Source: an uncultured Acidimicrobiales bacterium (lineage in GTDB: Bacteria; Actinomycetota; Acidimicrobiia; Acidimicrobiales; SZUA-35). Taken from it: a DNA stretch of 64,000 nucleotides. Under the pieces are notes generated by a model. It was not told the DNA's origin, did no database searches, and worked only from the letters and a program-made list of their open reading frames with translations. The stretch spans positions 13,428 to 77,427 of the forward strand of contig CAVQRR010000002.1 in NCBI GenBank assembly GCA_963715325.1. The letters run 5' to 3'. This document shows, in pieces, positions 1 through 9,367 of this stretch (position 1 is its first letter; every line of letters starts with the position of its first letter). A program made the translations under genes and the position numbers.

Positions 1-191
1 TCCATGAACAATCTCGAGCGGTCACGCCCGCTCGGGAGGTGAGGATCTCTCGCAGGCTGACTCGTCGGGTTGGTCCGTTGATATGTGCGGGTTCAGTGAC
101 AGCCAGCGGTGTTCGTCCCGGCCGGGGCATGTGAGCTGGCTGATTGCGTCACGACCGATTGCGCGACTCGATGGGGGCAATGGGCGCGAGG

Positions 192-1094
192 ATGAGTCGG
201 TGGCGAGATCGCCGACCTTGCCACTCGTTGGAATGATCGCATGCTCCTTGGTGTGTGTGAGCCTCTCCCCGAGTCCACGCTTGCGGCTGGCTCACTTCTT
301 CGCCCGGGGGCGTCAGAAGAATCGCTCGTTGCCGCCGAGACTCGCCTTGGTCGTGATCTTCCGAAGTCGTTTCGGGAGTTCCTTGCGTTCTCAAACGGAG
401 CGAACGCCGACTGGGATCTTGTTACTGCTGGATGGCTGCGACAGTGCCGTGCTGGTGGGGAGATCGGGCTGCTGCCTGCTACCGAGATCGCGCCGCGATT
501 GAGGCCGCGCCAGAGACTGTCGACATGTGGGCGTATGGCTGGGTGGACCCGAACCCTCCCCGACCGCGTGCGAACCGGCAGGTCGTCGATCACTTTGAGC
601 CGCTCAAGGAAGCACTCCTCGTCAGCAGTCTGACGGTCGAGACAGGCAAGTTCTTCCTGTGTCTGGCACCGACTGACGGCCAAGACGCAGCCGAGTCGTT
701 CGAGCTGCGGGACAAGGGACATGACGAGATCACGAGGTACGTGACGTTCGGCGACTGGCTCGAGCTTTCGGTGTCCGACTGCCGGCACGATCCGGGTGAG
801 GTCTTTCTGCGCGTGAACGCCGAGGTCACACCAGACCTCGATACCGAGCAGAAGTCCTGGCCCGTGGTCATTCGCACGCAGCAGATTCGAAGGCTCGCGG
901 CATGCTCAGGGTCTCCGGCACTGAGCAAAGTGCTCGATGAGCTGTGGGCCGAGCCAGACCCCTTTGTCCGCCTCGCTGCTGCGTAAGTTCATCCAGTGAG
1001 CGCCGATGATGAATCGCGCATCGATGAACTGACCGAGTCTGACGAAGCCAGTGTTGCTTTGGCGGCCTTGGCGACTATTCGGGCATTGGGCTAG
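192..1094 (+). pseudogene. SMI1/KNR4 (SUKH) family protein with C-terminal HEAT-like repeats, disrupted
   Basis: ORF 241..633 has a SUKH-type N-terminus (PGASEESLVAAETRLGRDLPKSFREFLAFSNGA). The protein continues in another frame (ORF 432..986, ...RYVTFGDWLELSV...), so a frameshift lies near 495-505. An in-frame TAA at 984-986 is followed by 35 more HEAT-like codons, ending at TAG 1092-1094. A further shift near 200 is possible. Confidence 0.55.
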
Positions 1095-1444
1095 CTGATC
1101 TCGCTTCGAAACACGCTGGCAACTCGGACTTGCTGCACAATCTGGGGCGTTTCCGCCCGATCCAAGGTGCCGATACTTCTCGGGTCGTTAGACGCTTCTG
1201 TCGGAACATTCTCGAGCGGTCGAAGTCGGCAAACCCAACCGAGCTGCCGGTGACTCGCAGCATTGCGAGCTCGCCTTGCGCAGGCAACTACTCGTCGAAC
1301 GTGAGCGACTCGGACCGTGTTCGGGTGGGCTTCGATGTCTGGAGTTCGTCGATCTTGCGGTCGGCGTGCTCGATCAAGCCGCCGCCGGCAGTGAGGCGGG
1401 GCCTCGGAGAGCAGGGTCGCCGATACCGGCGCTCGTCAGCTGCG

Positions 1445-1936
1445 TCAGCCGATCTGGCCTCGCACCTCACCGGATGGGTTGGCCGAGCTGTGGACATTGA
1501 CGTAGGCCTGCCCGGCTTCCATCGCGGCAACCAGTTCATCCACGGTGGCGCCGCATGCGTCGTTGATGATGTCGTCTTCGCCGATCGAACCCGAGACCTT
1601 CAATTTGCCATCGACCCCGCCAGGTACGGGCTGGGCGAGGAACGCAACCACGGGACCGTTCTCCCCCGCCGGAGCGCAGTGGATGTGCGCACCGGCAACT
1701 GCGAGTAGCTCCACGCCATTCGTGACCTTGAGCTGAAAGTTGATTTCGTCGCTGTTCGGGTTGACGCGGAACTTCGCCGTGCCAGTGGTGTCGGACTCAA
1801 CGGGCGGCACCTCCTGGTTCCCGCTCAGATCCGCACGAAGAATCACCGCTCCGTTGCCTCCTGCAGACGCGCTCGACGCCAACGCTGTACTCGCAAATCC
1901 AGCGGCAATGACCAGCGCAAGGAGCTTCTTTCTCAT
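1445..1936 (-). CDS. secreted CHRD domain-containing protein
   Basis: 163-aa ORF with a signal peptide (MRKKLLALVIAAGFASTALASSASA). CHRD hallmarks are present: LSGNQEVPPV, AHIHCAPAGENGPVV, YVNVHSSANPSGEVRGQI. Confidence 0.8.
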   Translation of the reverse strand: MRKKLLALVIAAGFASTALASSASAGGNGAVILRADLSGNQEVPPVESDTTGTAKFRVNPNSDEINFQLKVTNGVELLAVAGAHIHCAPAGENGPVVAFLAQPVPGGVDGKLKVSGSIGEDDIINDACGATVDELVAAMEAGQAYVNVHSSANPSGEVRGQIG

Positions 1937-2192
1937 CGGATCCCTCCATCGTCGACACTACGACAACTCGGCGTTCGCGAGTCGTTGGCTGCCCAGACTA
2001 GATCAAGCCATCGGCTGCCGTGCTGCGGGCCGCGCACCTGACTCGATCTCGGCACGTCACGGTCTGAGCCGGTCGCGATTACCGAGCGCCCCGACCCGCT
2101 CAACGGTGCCGATCTCGGGTGGGTCATGGTTGTCAGGACCCCGAGTGATATGCGTGCCCGGCGCTCGGCGCAAGGCGATCTAGATTCGTCTC

Positions 2193-2729
2193 ATGGCCAT
2201 CGAGACCGACCGGCTGATCGTCCGGTGCCCGTTGGAAGATGACCGGGTCCGATTCGTCAAGCTGTTCACGAGCGAATCGTTCACTGTCTATTCCGGCGTC
2301 CACGATGTCGAGTCGGCCAACTCCCGCTTCGACCACATGCTCCGCATGGCAAGCGTCGTGCGTATGCGAAGCAGCCCGTAGTTGAACGGGTATCGGGCAC
2401 CATCGTCGGGTACACCGGAGCCGACGTCGTCAACTTCGATGGCGTCGATCGTCTCGAGTGGGGATGGCGACTCGTGGACGAGGCAAGGGGCCAGGGTCTC
2501 GCGACCGAGGCGGTTACGGCCCTGCTCGCGTTCGCGGACGAGTCCTCGAACGGAGAGATGTTTGTGCCTCGTCGACCCGGACAATCTGGCGTCACGGCGC
2601 GTTGCCGACAAGGTCGGATTCCGGTGGTTGCGACGGGTGGACTGGATGCAGGATCCGACCGACCCCACCAACGTGATGATTCGATCAATCGGCTCCGGCG
2701 GACCGCCGCTTCTGGCGCCGAGCAGATGA
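2193..2729 (+). pseudogene. GNAT (RimJ/RimL-like) N-acetyltransferase, two frameshifts
   Basis: The N-terminus lies in the frame of ORF 2193..2381 (IETDRLIVRCPLEDD). The core (LEWGWRLVDEARGQGLATEAVTALLAF) lies in the frame of ORF 2474... The C-terminus (LVDPDNLASRRVADKVGFRW) returns to the first frame. The shifts fall near 2350-2362 and 2568-2575. Confidence 0.6.
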
Positions 2730-3028
2730 CGCGACTCAGCGACGCGATTTGAGCACGCATCGCTCGCACAATCTGAGCGCCTGACCGAGCGCGTAGGTGC
2801 CGATCGCGAGCGGCGCGAGGCCAGCGGCTGGGGTGTTGTTCTGATCGCCATCGAGGCTTCAACTGGCTGGCGGCACACCAGACCTACAGTGGCAATCGTG
2901 GAGGGGTCGCCGTCAGCCGTTTGACCTGGGCAAGCTGAGTTACCGAATCAATCAATTGCGCGATGAGCGTGGTCTGACGATGGCAGCGCTGCCGCGGGCA
3001 CCACCAGTGGACGACAGGACAAGGCAAT

Positions 3029-3730
3029 GTGGCGTCACAGGCCATGGAGTACAGTTTCCGCATGCTCGGAGCCGAGATCGATCTGATGCCGAACGAGAAG
3101 ATGATCCTCGCGTCGCACCCGCACTGGTTCTACTTCTGGAAGCAGGTCGCAGCAGGTGTCGGTGTGCTGGGGCTGCTGTTGCTGCTCGTCCTGGTCGACG
3201 CCAACTGGCTGAACCAGATCATCGGGTGGGTCGTGACCGTCGCCGTGATCGTGCTGTTGCTCGACCTGCTGTACGAGTTCATCCAGTGGAAGACCACCAG
3301 GTTCGCAATCACCGATCAGCGGGTGGCGTACCAGAGCGGCATGTTCCGGCGAAAGGGCGTCTCGATCCCGCTCAACCGGATCAACAACGTCAACTTCCGC
3401 CAATCCGCGATCGCACGAGTTCTCAACAACGGTGTCGTCACGATCGAGTCGGCAGGCGAGACCGGAGACTCGGTGTTCGAGAACATCCCCGATCCCGAGC
3501 ACGTCCGTTCGATCATCTTCGCTCAGGTCGAAGCCGACGAACAGGCAGACTCCGACCGCGATGCCGCCGCTCTCGCGCAAGCGATGCAGCAGCACGTGCC
3601 GCCGCCGACCGGGCCCGCCGAGAAGACACCCAAGGAGCGTCTCGCTGCGTTGGAGGAACTCCGCTCCCAGGGGCTCGTCAACGACGACGAGTTCAAGCAG
3701 AAGCGACAGCAGATCCTCGACGAGATCTGA
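3029..3730 (+). CDS. bPH_2 (YdbT-like) membrane protein with C-terminal SHOCT domain
   Basis: Two TM helices are followed by a PH-like motif (RFAITDQRVAYQSGMFRRKGVSIPLNRINNV...VTIESAG). The C-terminus looks like SHOCT (ERLAALEELRSQGLVNDDEFKQKRQQILDEI). The start could instead be ATG 3044. Confidence 0.75.
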   Translation: MASQAMEYSFRMLGAEIDLMPNEKMILASHPHWFYFWKQVAAGVGVLGLLLLLVLVDANWLNQIIGWVVTVAVIVLLLDLLYEFIQWKTTRFAITDQRVAYQSGMFRRKGVSIPLNRINNVNFRQSAIARVLNNGVVTIESAGETGDSVFENIPDPEHVRSIIFAQVEADEQADSDRDAAALAQAMQQHVPPPTGPAEKTPKERLAALEELRSQGLVNDDEFKQKRQQILDEI

Positions 3731-4138
3731 GGCCCACGAAGCCCGACCTCGCTCATGTACAGATCAACGGCGGGACATGTCGGCGCACGGGGACACGCTA
3801 TGAAGCGCTCATCACTACATGATTGGCGCGCCGCAAAGTGTCCCTGATTCGGGATCTGACCGGCACGGCAACATGCGTCTACCGTTCCAGAACGTCTGGT
3901 GTCCGCACGCAACGAGCCACGCAACGTGCTCGACCGAATGGACGCCGACGAACGAGACCGGATTCGACGGCTCGACACCGAACCCGGACCGGCTGGGTTG
4001 GCTCAGTTGTTGACCGAACTGCGGGCGTCGTAAGCGCTGATCCGTCAGTGGGCACCGTCATTCACACTCTCTCACCCGAGTGATCGCCAAAGCCAGAGGC
4101 GTAGGCGATCAGAACGTGCAGACCACCACCCCACCCAG

Positions 4139-5110
4139 CTAGCGCATAGCCGGCACGATGCGCACGCCTACGTGCCCCATAGCGCTCGCTGTTTCGCCTC
4201 GGCCGGGTGCCCCGAACCGCCGGCTCGGGGGCACGCATATCGACGGTGACAGATGCCTTCCGAACCCGTCCGGGATCCGGCAAACTGCTCGGCTCTCGTC
4301 GGACGCCCGAGCTGCCTCGACCATCGCCAGCAGCACTGGACTCAGCGTGACGACCCGCCGGCTGCCGGTCCTCGTCGGCTTCAACCTTGGCGCTCGCACG
4401 CCGTCGGCGTGGGTCGAGACGATGATCTGGCCGTCGACCACGACCTTGTCGCCGACGAACTTGTCCCAGCGCAGCGCAGCCAGCTCACTTCGGCGGGCAC
4501 CCATCTCGGCGCCGAGTCGGAATGCCAGTGGGGCGAGCTCGTGCACCTTGGCCGCGGCCGCGATCACAGCTCGCACTTCGTCGTTTGTGAGCGTTCGCTG
4601 CTGTTGCCGCTTTGGGCTCTCGATCGGGGCGCTCGAGGCCGGGTTCGTCGCGATCCACTCCCAGCGGACGGCCTGCTGGAGAGCCGAGCGCAGCACGGTG
4701 TGCTGGTTGCGGATCGCACCCTCCCCCACACCCGCCTTGCGCAGACGAGCAACCCGGCGGTCGACATCTGAGACGCCGATCGACGCGACCGACATGTTGC
4801 CGATCGGGTCGGCGGCCACTTGCTTGGCCCGGCTCGTCTGGTCCCGAATCGTGAGGTCGGCCCAGCCGGGGGTCTTGATGTCGATCCACTCGTCGAGGAG
4901 CTGGCGCAGCTTTCGGCCGCCGGCGTTGCGGGCTGGCTTGACGGTCAGCTCGGCGGCCAGGCGCTGGGCGTCCTTCTTGGTGCCGTAGACGGTGCGCGAC
5001 ACCTGGGTCGACTTCCGGTCGACGTCCTTGCCCGCACAACCGCGCACTTCCCAGACCCCGGGACGCCGCTGTCGGATGGTCGCCATGACCGTCGACCGTA
5101 GCGCGTTCAT
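4139..5110 (-). pseudogene. tyrosine recombinase / phage-type integrase, C-terminal catalytic region degenerate
   Basis: The N-terminal SAM-like and core-binding parts and the first catalytic Arg context (GARRSELAALRWDKF) are present. No HxxR or Tyr motif follows TRTGSRRVVTLSP. Only a faint LH.L..YAS..GDHS trace appears, in another frame (ORF 4062..4283). Confidence 0.6.
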
Positions 5111-5203
5111 CCCTACCCCGGGTAGGGATGAGGGTAGGGATGGATCAGTTATCCACAGCTGGTGACCGCTGGTGACCCTTGGTCACCGCTATGACCGGTG
5201 ACC
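5111..5203. promoter_or_regulatory. repeat-rich region upstream of integrase (palindrome, direct repeats, phased GGTNACC sites)
   Basis: A perfect palindrome CCCTACCC-C-GGGTAGGG (5111-5127) abuts the integrase ATG. GGGTAGGGATG occurs twice (5120-5130, 5132-5142). GGTGACC/GGTCACC occur at 5161, 5171, 5181 and 5197. Confidence 0.4.
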
Positions 5204-5221
5204 ACAAACAAGCAGGTCAAG

Positions 5222-6436
5222 CTACTCGATTCGGATCCCCGAGATGGCCCGACTGATCACGAGCTGCTGGATCTGCTCGGTGCCTTCGAAGATGTCGTAG
5301 ATCTTGGCGTCGCGGTGCCAGCGCTCGACGGGGTGGTCGGTGACGTAGCCGTAGCCACCGAGAATCTGCATGGCCCGCTCGGTGGACCAGACTGCGACCC
5401 GACCGGCCTTGAGTTTGGCCATCGAGCCTTCGGCGTTGCGGAACTTCTTCTGCCGACCGAGCCAGGCCGCACGGTGGGTGAGCAGTCTGGCGGCGTCGAT
5501 CTCGGTTGCCATGTCGGAGAGCATGAAGGCGATCGACTGGTTCTGGATGATCGGCCGACCGAAGGCGACCCGCTCCTTGGCGTACGCCAGCGAGTACTCA
5601 TACGCCGCTCTGGCGATGCCGACGGCCTGGGCTGCGACTGCCGGTCGGGTGGCCTCGAAGGTCTGCATGGCGGCCTGGCGATCGTTCGTCTTGCCTTCGC
5701 GGACCCGGGCCAGCCGCTCGTCGAGCCGCTCCTTGCTTCCGAGCAGGCACCGGCCGGGAACCCGCACGTCGTCGAGCACCACCTCGGCGGTGTGGCTGGC
5801 CCGAATGCCGTGCTTCGAGAACTTCTGCCCCATCGACAAACCCGGTGTGTCTGGCGGAACGATGAAGCTGGCCTGGCCCTTGGATCCCAGCGCCGGGTCG
5901 ACAACGGCCACCACGACGTGGATGTTGGCGATCCCGCCGTTGGTGATCCAGGTCTTCGTGCCGTTGAGCACCCATTCGTCGGCCGCTTCGTCGTACACGG
6001 CTCTGGTTCGGTAGGCGGCGACGTCGGAACCGGCATCCGGTTCGGATGCGGCAAAGGCCCCGAGCTTGATGTCGCCGGCGTCTCCGTAGCACTGGGGCAC
6101 CCACTCGATCACCTGCTCGCTGGTACCGGAGGCGGCGATGCCTGCCGCGGCCAGCCCCGAACCCATGATCGACATGCCGATGCCGGCGTCACCCCAGAAC
6201 ATTTCCTCCAGCGCCACCGGCATCGAGAGACCCGATGGGTCATTCATCATCATCTCGGCCATGAACTCCCACCCGTAGAGTCCGATCTTGGCCGATTCCT
6301 CGAGGATGGGCCACGGGGTTTCCTCCCGCTCGTCCCACTCCCGGGCCGCGGGGCGTATCACGTCCTCGGCGAAGTCGTGAACCCACTTCTGCAGTTGGAC
6401 CTGGTCTTCATTGAGATCGAGGGAGAATTCGCTCAT
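5222..6436 (-). CDS. acyl-CoA dehydrogenase
   Basis: Full-length ACAD pattern: FAASEPDAGSD, TKTWITNGG, and C-terminal IYDIFEGTEQIQQLVISR. The start is taken at MSEFSL (ATG 6436) inside ORF 5222..6493. Confidence 0.9.
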   Translation of the reverse strand: MSEFSLDLNEDQVQLQKWVHDFAEDVIRPAAREWDEREETPWPILEESAKIGLYGWEFMAEMMMNDPSGLSMPVALEEMFWGDAGIGMSIMGSGLAAAGIAASGTSEQVIEWVPQCYGDAGDIKLGAFAASEPDAGSDVAAYRTRAVYDEAADEWVLNGTKTWITNGGIANIHVVVAVVDPALGSKGQASFIVPPDTPGLSMGQKFSKHGIRASHTAEVVLDDVRVPGRCLLGSKERLDERLARVREGKTNDRQAAMQTFEATRPAVAAQAVGIARAAYEYSLAYAKERVAFGRPIIQNQSIAFMLSDMATEIDAARLLTHRAAWLGRQKKFRNAEGSMAKLKAGRVAVWSTERAMQILGGYGYVTDHPVERWHRDAKIYDIFEGTEQIQQLVISRAISGIRIE

Positions 6437-6628
6437 GGCACACATCCTGTTCACCGCATCTCGAACGCCGCCCGTTCGAACGACGCACCTCACACCGTGC
6501 CCGTCGGTCGACGGGTCGACGACTTAAGTTACTACCTAGTAACTTAGCAGCGAACAGCCGATCCGACCAATCACCCGACGCCGAAAGCGAGCGCAGAAAC
6601 CTGGCGCCGACCATGGCCGGATCACAGC

Positions 6629-7288
6629 TCATCGCTGGGCGTGTTGAAGCTCCAGCGAGCGGACCAAGGCCCCGAGGTGGGCCATGAACTCATCGGTATT
6701 GGCCTGGTCATCGGTCCCCACCATTTCCATCGGCTCACCGAGACGGACCGTCACCGTCGGACGCCTGGCATGGAGTCTCGGTGGCCGTCCTCGCGGCCAG
6801 ACCCTATCGGTGCCGATGAAGGCCACCGGCACCACGCTGGCCCCGGCTCGGCGAGCGATCCGGGACAGGCCGGGCCGAGCCGGGCCGACACCGAGCACAC
6901 CCCGTTCGGCCGGTGGAACCAGGCGACCTTCTGGCATCATCGACACCGTGTGGCCTGCGGTCAAGGCCTCGACCGCCTCGTCCTCCGCATTCTGCCGCTT
7001 GGCCGATGACGTGGAGATCGAGCCCAGCCGTCGCAACATGGTGCCGGACAGGCCGCTGTCGACGAGGTCGGCCCGGATCAAGATGCGGCTTGACACATCG
7101 AACCGGGCGAAGATCGCCAGCGTGGCGATCACGTCGAAGAAGCTTCGATGGTTTCCGGCGAACAGGATCGGCCGAGCGGTCGGCACGGTCAGGGTCGGTG
7201 GGAGGTCCAGCTTGGCCAACGGGGCGGCGAGTCGGGTACACCAACGGCCGGTGGCGACGAACTGGTGATGATGGTCCGTTGGTTTCAT
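6629..7288 (-). CDS. lysophospholipid (1-acyl-glycerol-3-phosphate) acyltransferase, PlsC family
   Basis: 219-aa ORF with the HX4D motif (NHRSFFD) and MPEGR/FIGTD blocks typical of PlsC-type acyltransferases. Confidence 0.8.
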   Translation of the reverse strand: MKPTDHHHQFVATGRWCTRLAAPLAKLDLPPTLTVPTARPILFAGNHRSFFDVIATLAIFARFDVSSRILIRADLVDSGLSGTMLRRLGSISTSSAKRQNAEDEAVEALTAGHTVSMMPEGRLVPPAERGVLGVGPARPGLSRIARRAGASVVPVAFIGTDRVWPRGRPPRLHARRPTVTVRLGEPMEMVGTDDQANTDEFMAHLGALVRSLELQHAQR

Positions 7289-7354
7289 TCGACTCGATTC
7301 TACCGATCCGCCACAGCGCTGATGGGGGCATCGGGCTCGGCCGACATCGTGATG

Positions 7355-9283
7355 TCACGGCAATGGCACGAAGTTCGGCCCCTGATAGTTCTGGAAGTTG
7401 TTGAGTTTGGCCAGCTGCCGATTGGTACCGGTCTGACCGAACGAACAGTTCCGGGCCGCCTTCATACAGCCGTTGGTCCACAGGTCCATCGTCTGGTCGT
7501 TCCATCCCCCCCACCAGTCGGCGTGGAGCGTGGCACCGGGGCCGGTGTTGAAGCTACCGCCGCGATCGGACGACAGGTACCAGCCCTTGGTCGACGGTTG
7601 GCCGGGAAAGTAGAGCAGGATGCTGATCTGCGGCAGCCGAACCGGGTGGGTCGACGGACACGGCTTGTGGGGGCTGACCAGCGCCATGTGGGAGCGGTGA
7701 TCGGCCGAGTCCATGTTCCGGCCGTCCCAGCACTGGGGAAACGAGATCGTTGCGTTGACCGTGTCACCGTTGCAGTCTGGGATTCGATTCGACTTGTTGT
7801 AGCTGCGGCCGCTGTCGCCGCAGGACCAATAGAGGAAGTCCGAAACGGTGAACGATTCCGCAGCGGTGTTCCCACTGACCATCTTCAGTCCCTGCGGCAT
7901 CCGCTGGACCTGGCCCGGTTCCTTCGTCTTGTAATACAGGATGATCATGTCGGGAACCACGGCATTGCCCTGGCCGTCGAGCACGGCCGGCGTCCAGTAC
8001 GCCGAGCGGTTCAGCTCGAAGCCGTTGCAGGATCCACCACCGGAGTTGACGATCGAGTCGGTGGTGCTGAACGCATTGGTCTCGGTGTTTCCGAAGAACA
8101 TGTGGAGGTGCGACCGGCCTGGTTGGCCGGGGAACACGATGGGGTCGTCGTAGGCGAAATGGGAGTACTGGCAGGCGGCCCGGAACTGTCCGTCACCGAC
8201 GGTGCCGTTGTCCTTCGCCGGTGCCGGCTCGGTCAGCTGCTCCAGGCTGAGGGCGTTCGACGGTAGCGATGCATAGCGGCCGAACCTCGGGTCGGTGTTC
8301 GACATGGCCGCCAATCCGGCATTGTCGGAGGACCCTCCGGTTGGCTTCTGTGTCGTCGGTGGTGCACTGGTCGATACCACCGTTGTCGGCGGCTTGGTCG
8401 TCGACACCGCAGTGGTCGGCGGACCGGTGGTGGATGCCGGTACCGTCGGCGCCGCGGTGGTGGCGGCCTGAGCCGGCACGGTCGTGGCGGCCGCGGTCGT
8501 GGTCGTTGTGGCCCAGGTGGTGATCGGCCGGTTGGTGGTGGCCGGCAGCCACGTCGTCGACGCCGCCGCCGACCGCAGCGTCGAGCGTTCGCCGGAATCG
8601 ATGGCCACCGGTGCCACGGTGGGCCGCGGCCGCGGTGGGATAGATGGCGCCGAAGCCGTCGATGTCGACCGTAGGATCCCGGTGGTCGTCGTGGTTGTGG
8701 ATGCCGTCGAACCGGGGCCGGTAGAGGCACCCGATTCAGCGGTGGTCGTCGAACTCGTCTCAGAGCTCGAATGGGGCACCCTCGTCGAGGAGGTCGCGTC
8801 GACGGTCGCCGTATCGTCGGGTCGAGCGGCGGCGATCGGCAAGACCGGCTCGCCTGCCGCTTCGGTGAGCGGATCGGGTTCGGTTGCCCCAATCGATGTG
8901 CCGACGCTGCCGTCGCCGTCATCTCCGTCGGAGACCGGGCGATCGAGCATCTCGTCGACCAGTGCCGGCTGATCGGGGATCGTCTCCCCGCCGGCCAGGA
9001 CCTCATCGCTCTGGTCGGCCTCATCGACCACCGTCTGATCGGCCTCGTCGGCGACATCGATCGGCTCGACCTGGTCCTGATCGGTCTGCGACGGCTGGCC
9101 ATCGGGCCCGATCCCGGGGGGCGCCGGCCCGACATCGGGTTCCATTCCCACCGCTTCGATGGTCTCGAACTGCGTTGCGTAGTCCGAAACATCGGCGCCG
9201 AGAATGTCTGTGGCGACCGCCAGCGAGACGAGCTGGGCGGCGACGGCCACGGCGGCGACCCCAAGGTGTCGACGACTCTGCAT
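7355..9283 (-). CDS. secreted DUF1996 domain-containing protein with long acidic and Thr/Pro-rich linker
   Basis: 642 aa. An N-terminal hydrophobic signal is followed by about 330 aa of low complexity, then a C-terminal DUF1996-type block (FAYDDPIVFPGQPGRSHLHMFFGN...FPQCWDG). Confidence 0.8.
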   Translation of the reverse strand: MQSRRHLGVAAVAVAAQLVSLAVATDILGADVSDYATQFETIEAVGMEPDVGPAPPGIGPDGQPSQTDQDQVEPIDVADEADQTVVDEADQSDEVLAGGETIPDQPALVDEMLDRPVSDGDDGDGSVGTSIGATEPDPLTEAAGEPVLPIAAARPDDTATVDATSSTRVPHSSSETSSTTTAESGASTGPGSTASTTTTTTGILRSTSTASAPSIPPRPRPTVAPVAIDSGERSTLRSAAASTTWLPATTNRPITTWATTTTTAAATTVPAQAATTAAPTVPASTTGPPTTAVSTTKPPTTVVSTSAPPTTQKPTGGSSDNAGLAAMSNTDPRFGRYASLPSNALSLEQLTEPAPAKDNGTVGDGQFRAACQYSHFAYDDPIVFPGQPGRSHLHMFFGNTETNAFSTTDSIVNSGGGSCNGFELNRSAYWTPAVLDGQGNAVVPDMIILYYKTKEPGQVQRMPQGLKMVSGNTAAESFTVSDFLYWSCGDSGRSYNKSNRIPDCNGDTVNATISFPQCWDGRNMDSADHRSHMALVSPHKPCPSTHPVRLPQISILLYFPGQPSTKGWYLSSDRGGSFNTGPGATLHADWWGGWNDQTMDLWTNGCMKAARNCSFGQTGTNRQLAKLNNFQNYQGPNFVPLP

Positions 9284-9367
9284 GCTTCAACTATCGGTGG
9301 CAGACTCGTGTTGCGTGAGGTGAATCGCCAAAAGCGAGCCCGAAGTCCCCCAGGAGGACCTGCCACC

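Noticed and set aside
1075-1539. Minus-strand ORFs 1288..1539 and 1075..1287, in the same frame and separated by TAG, considered as a possible gene fragment.
   Set aside because: No recognisable motif is present, the composition is Arg/Pro-rich, and they overlap the CHRD gene 3' end and the SUKH tail. There is not enough support to call anything.
3990-4065. tRNA-like string GGGTTGGCTCAGTTG near the 3' end of the integrase, considered as a possible tRNA or att remnant.
   Set aside because: No acceptor stem, anticodon arm or T-arm (GTTCGAATC-type) can be formed. It more likely belongs to a short residual ORF (3899..4033, ...VLDRMDADERDRIRRLDTEPGPAGLAQLLTELRAS).
5198-6547. Long plus-strand ORF (449 aa) opposite the acyl-CoA dehydrogenase. 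Similar long antisense ORFs occur at 9383..10687, 19474..21078, 28864..30468, 31059..33227, 55413..56942, 57691..59241, 59675..62221 and 61371..63458.
   Set aside because: These are shadow ORFs typical of GC-rich DNA. Their translations are low-complexity (Arg/Gly/Pro/Asp-rich) with no recognisable motifs. The opposite strand encodes clearly conserved proteins.
8771-9367. N-terminal 199-aa extension of the carotenoid oxygenase ORF.
   Set aside because: The extension overlaps the DUF1996 gene on the opposite strand and has no coding-like features. The conserved protein starts at ATG 9368.
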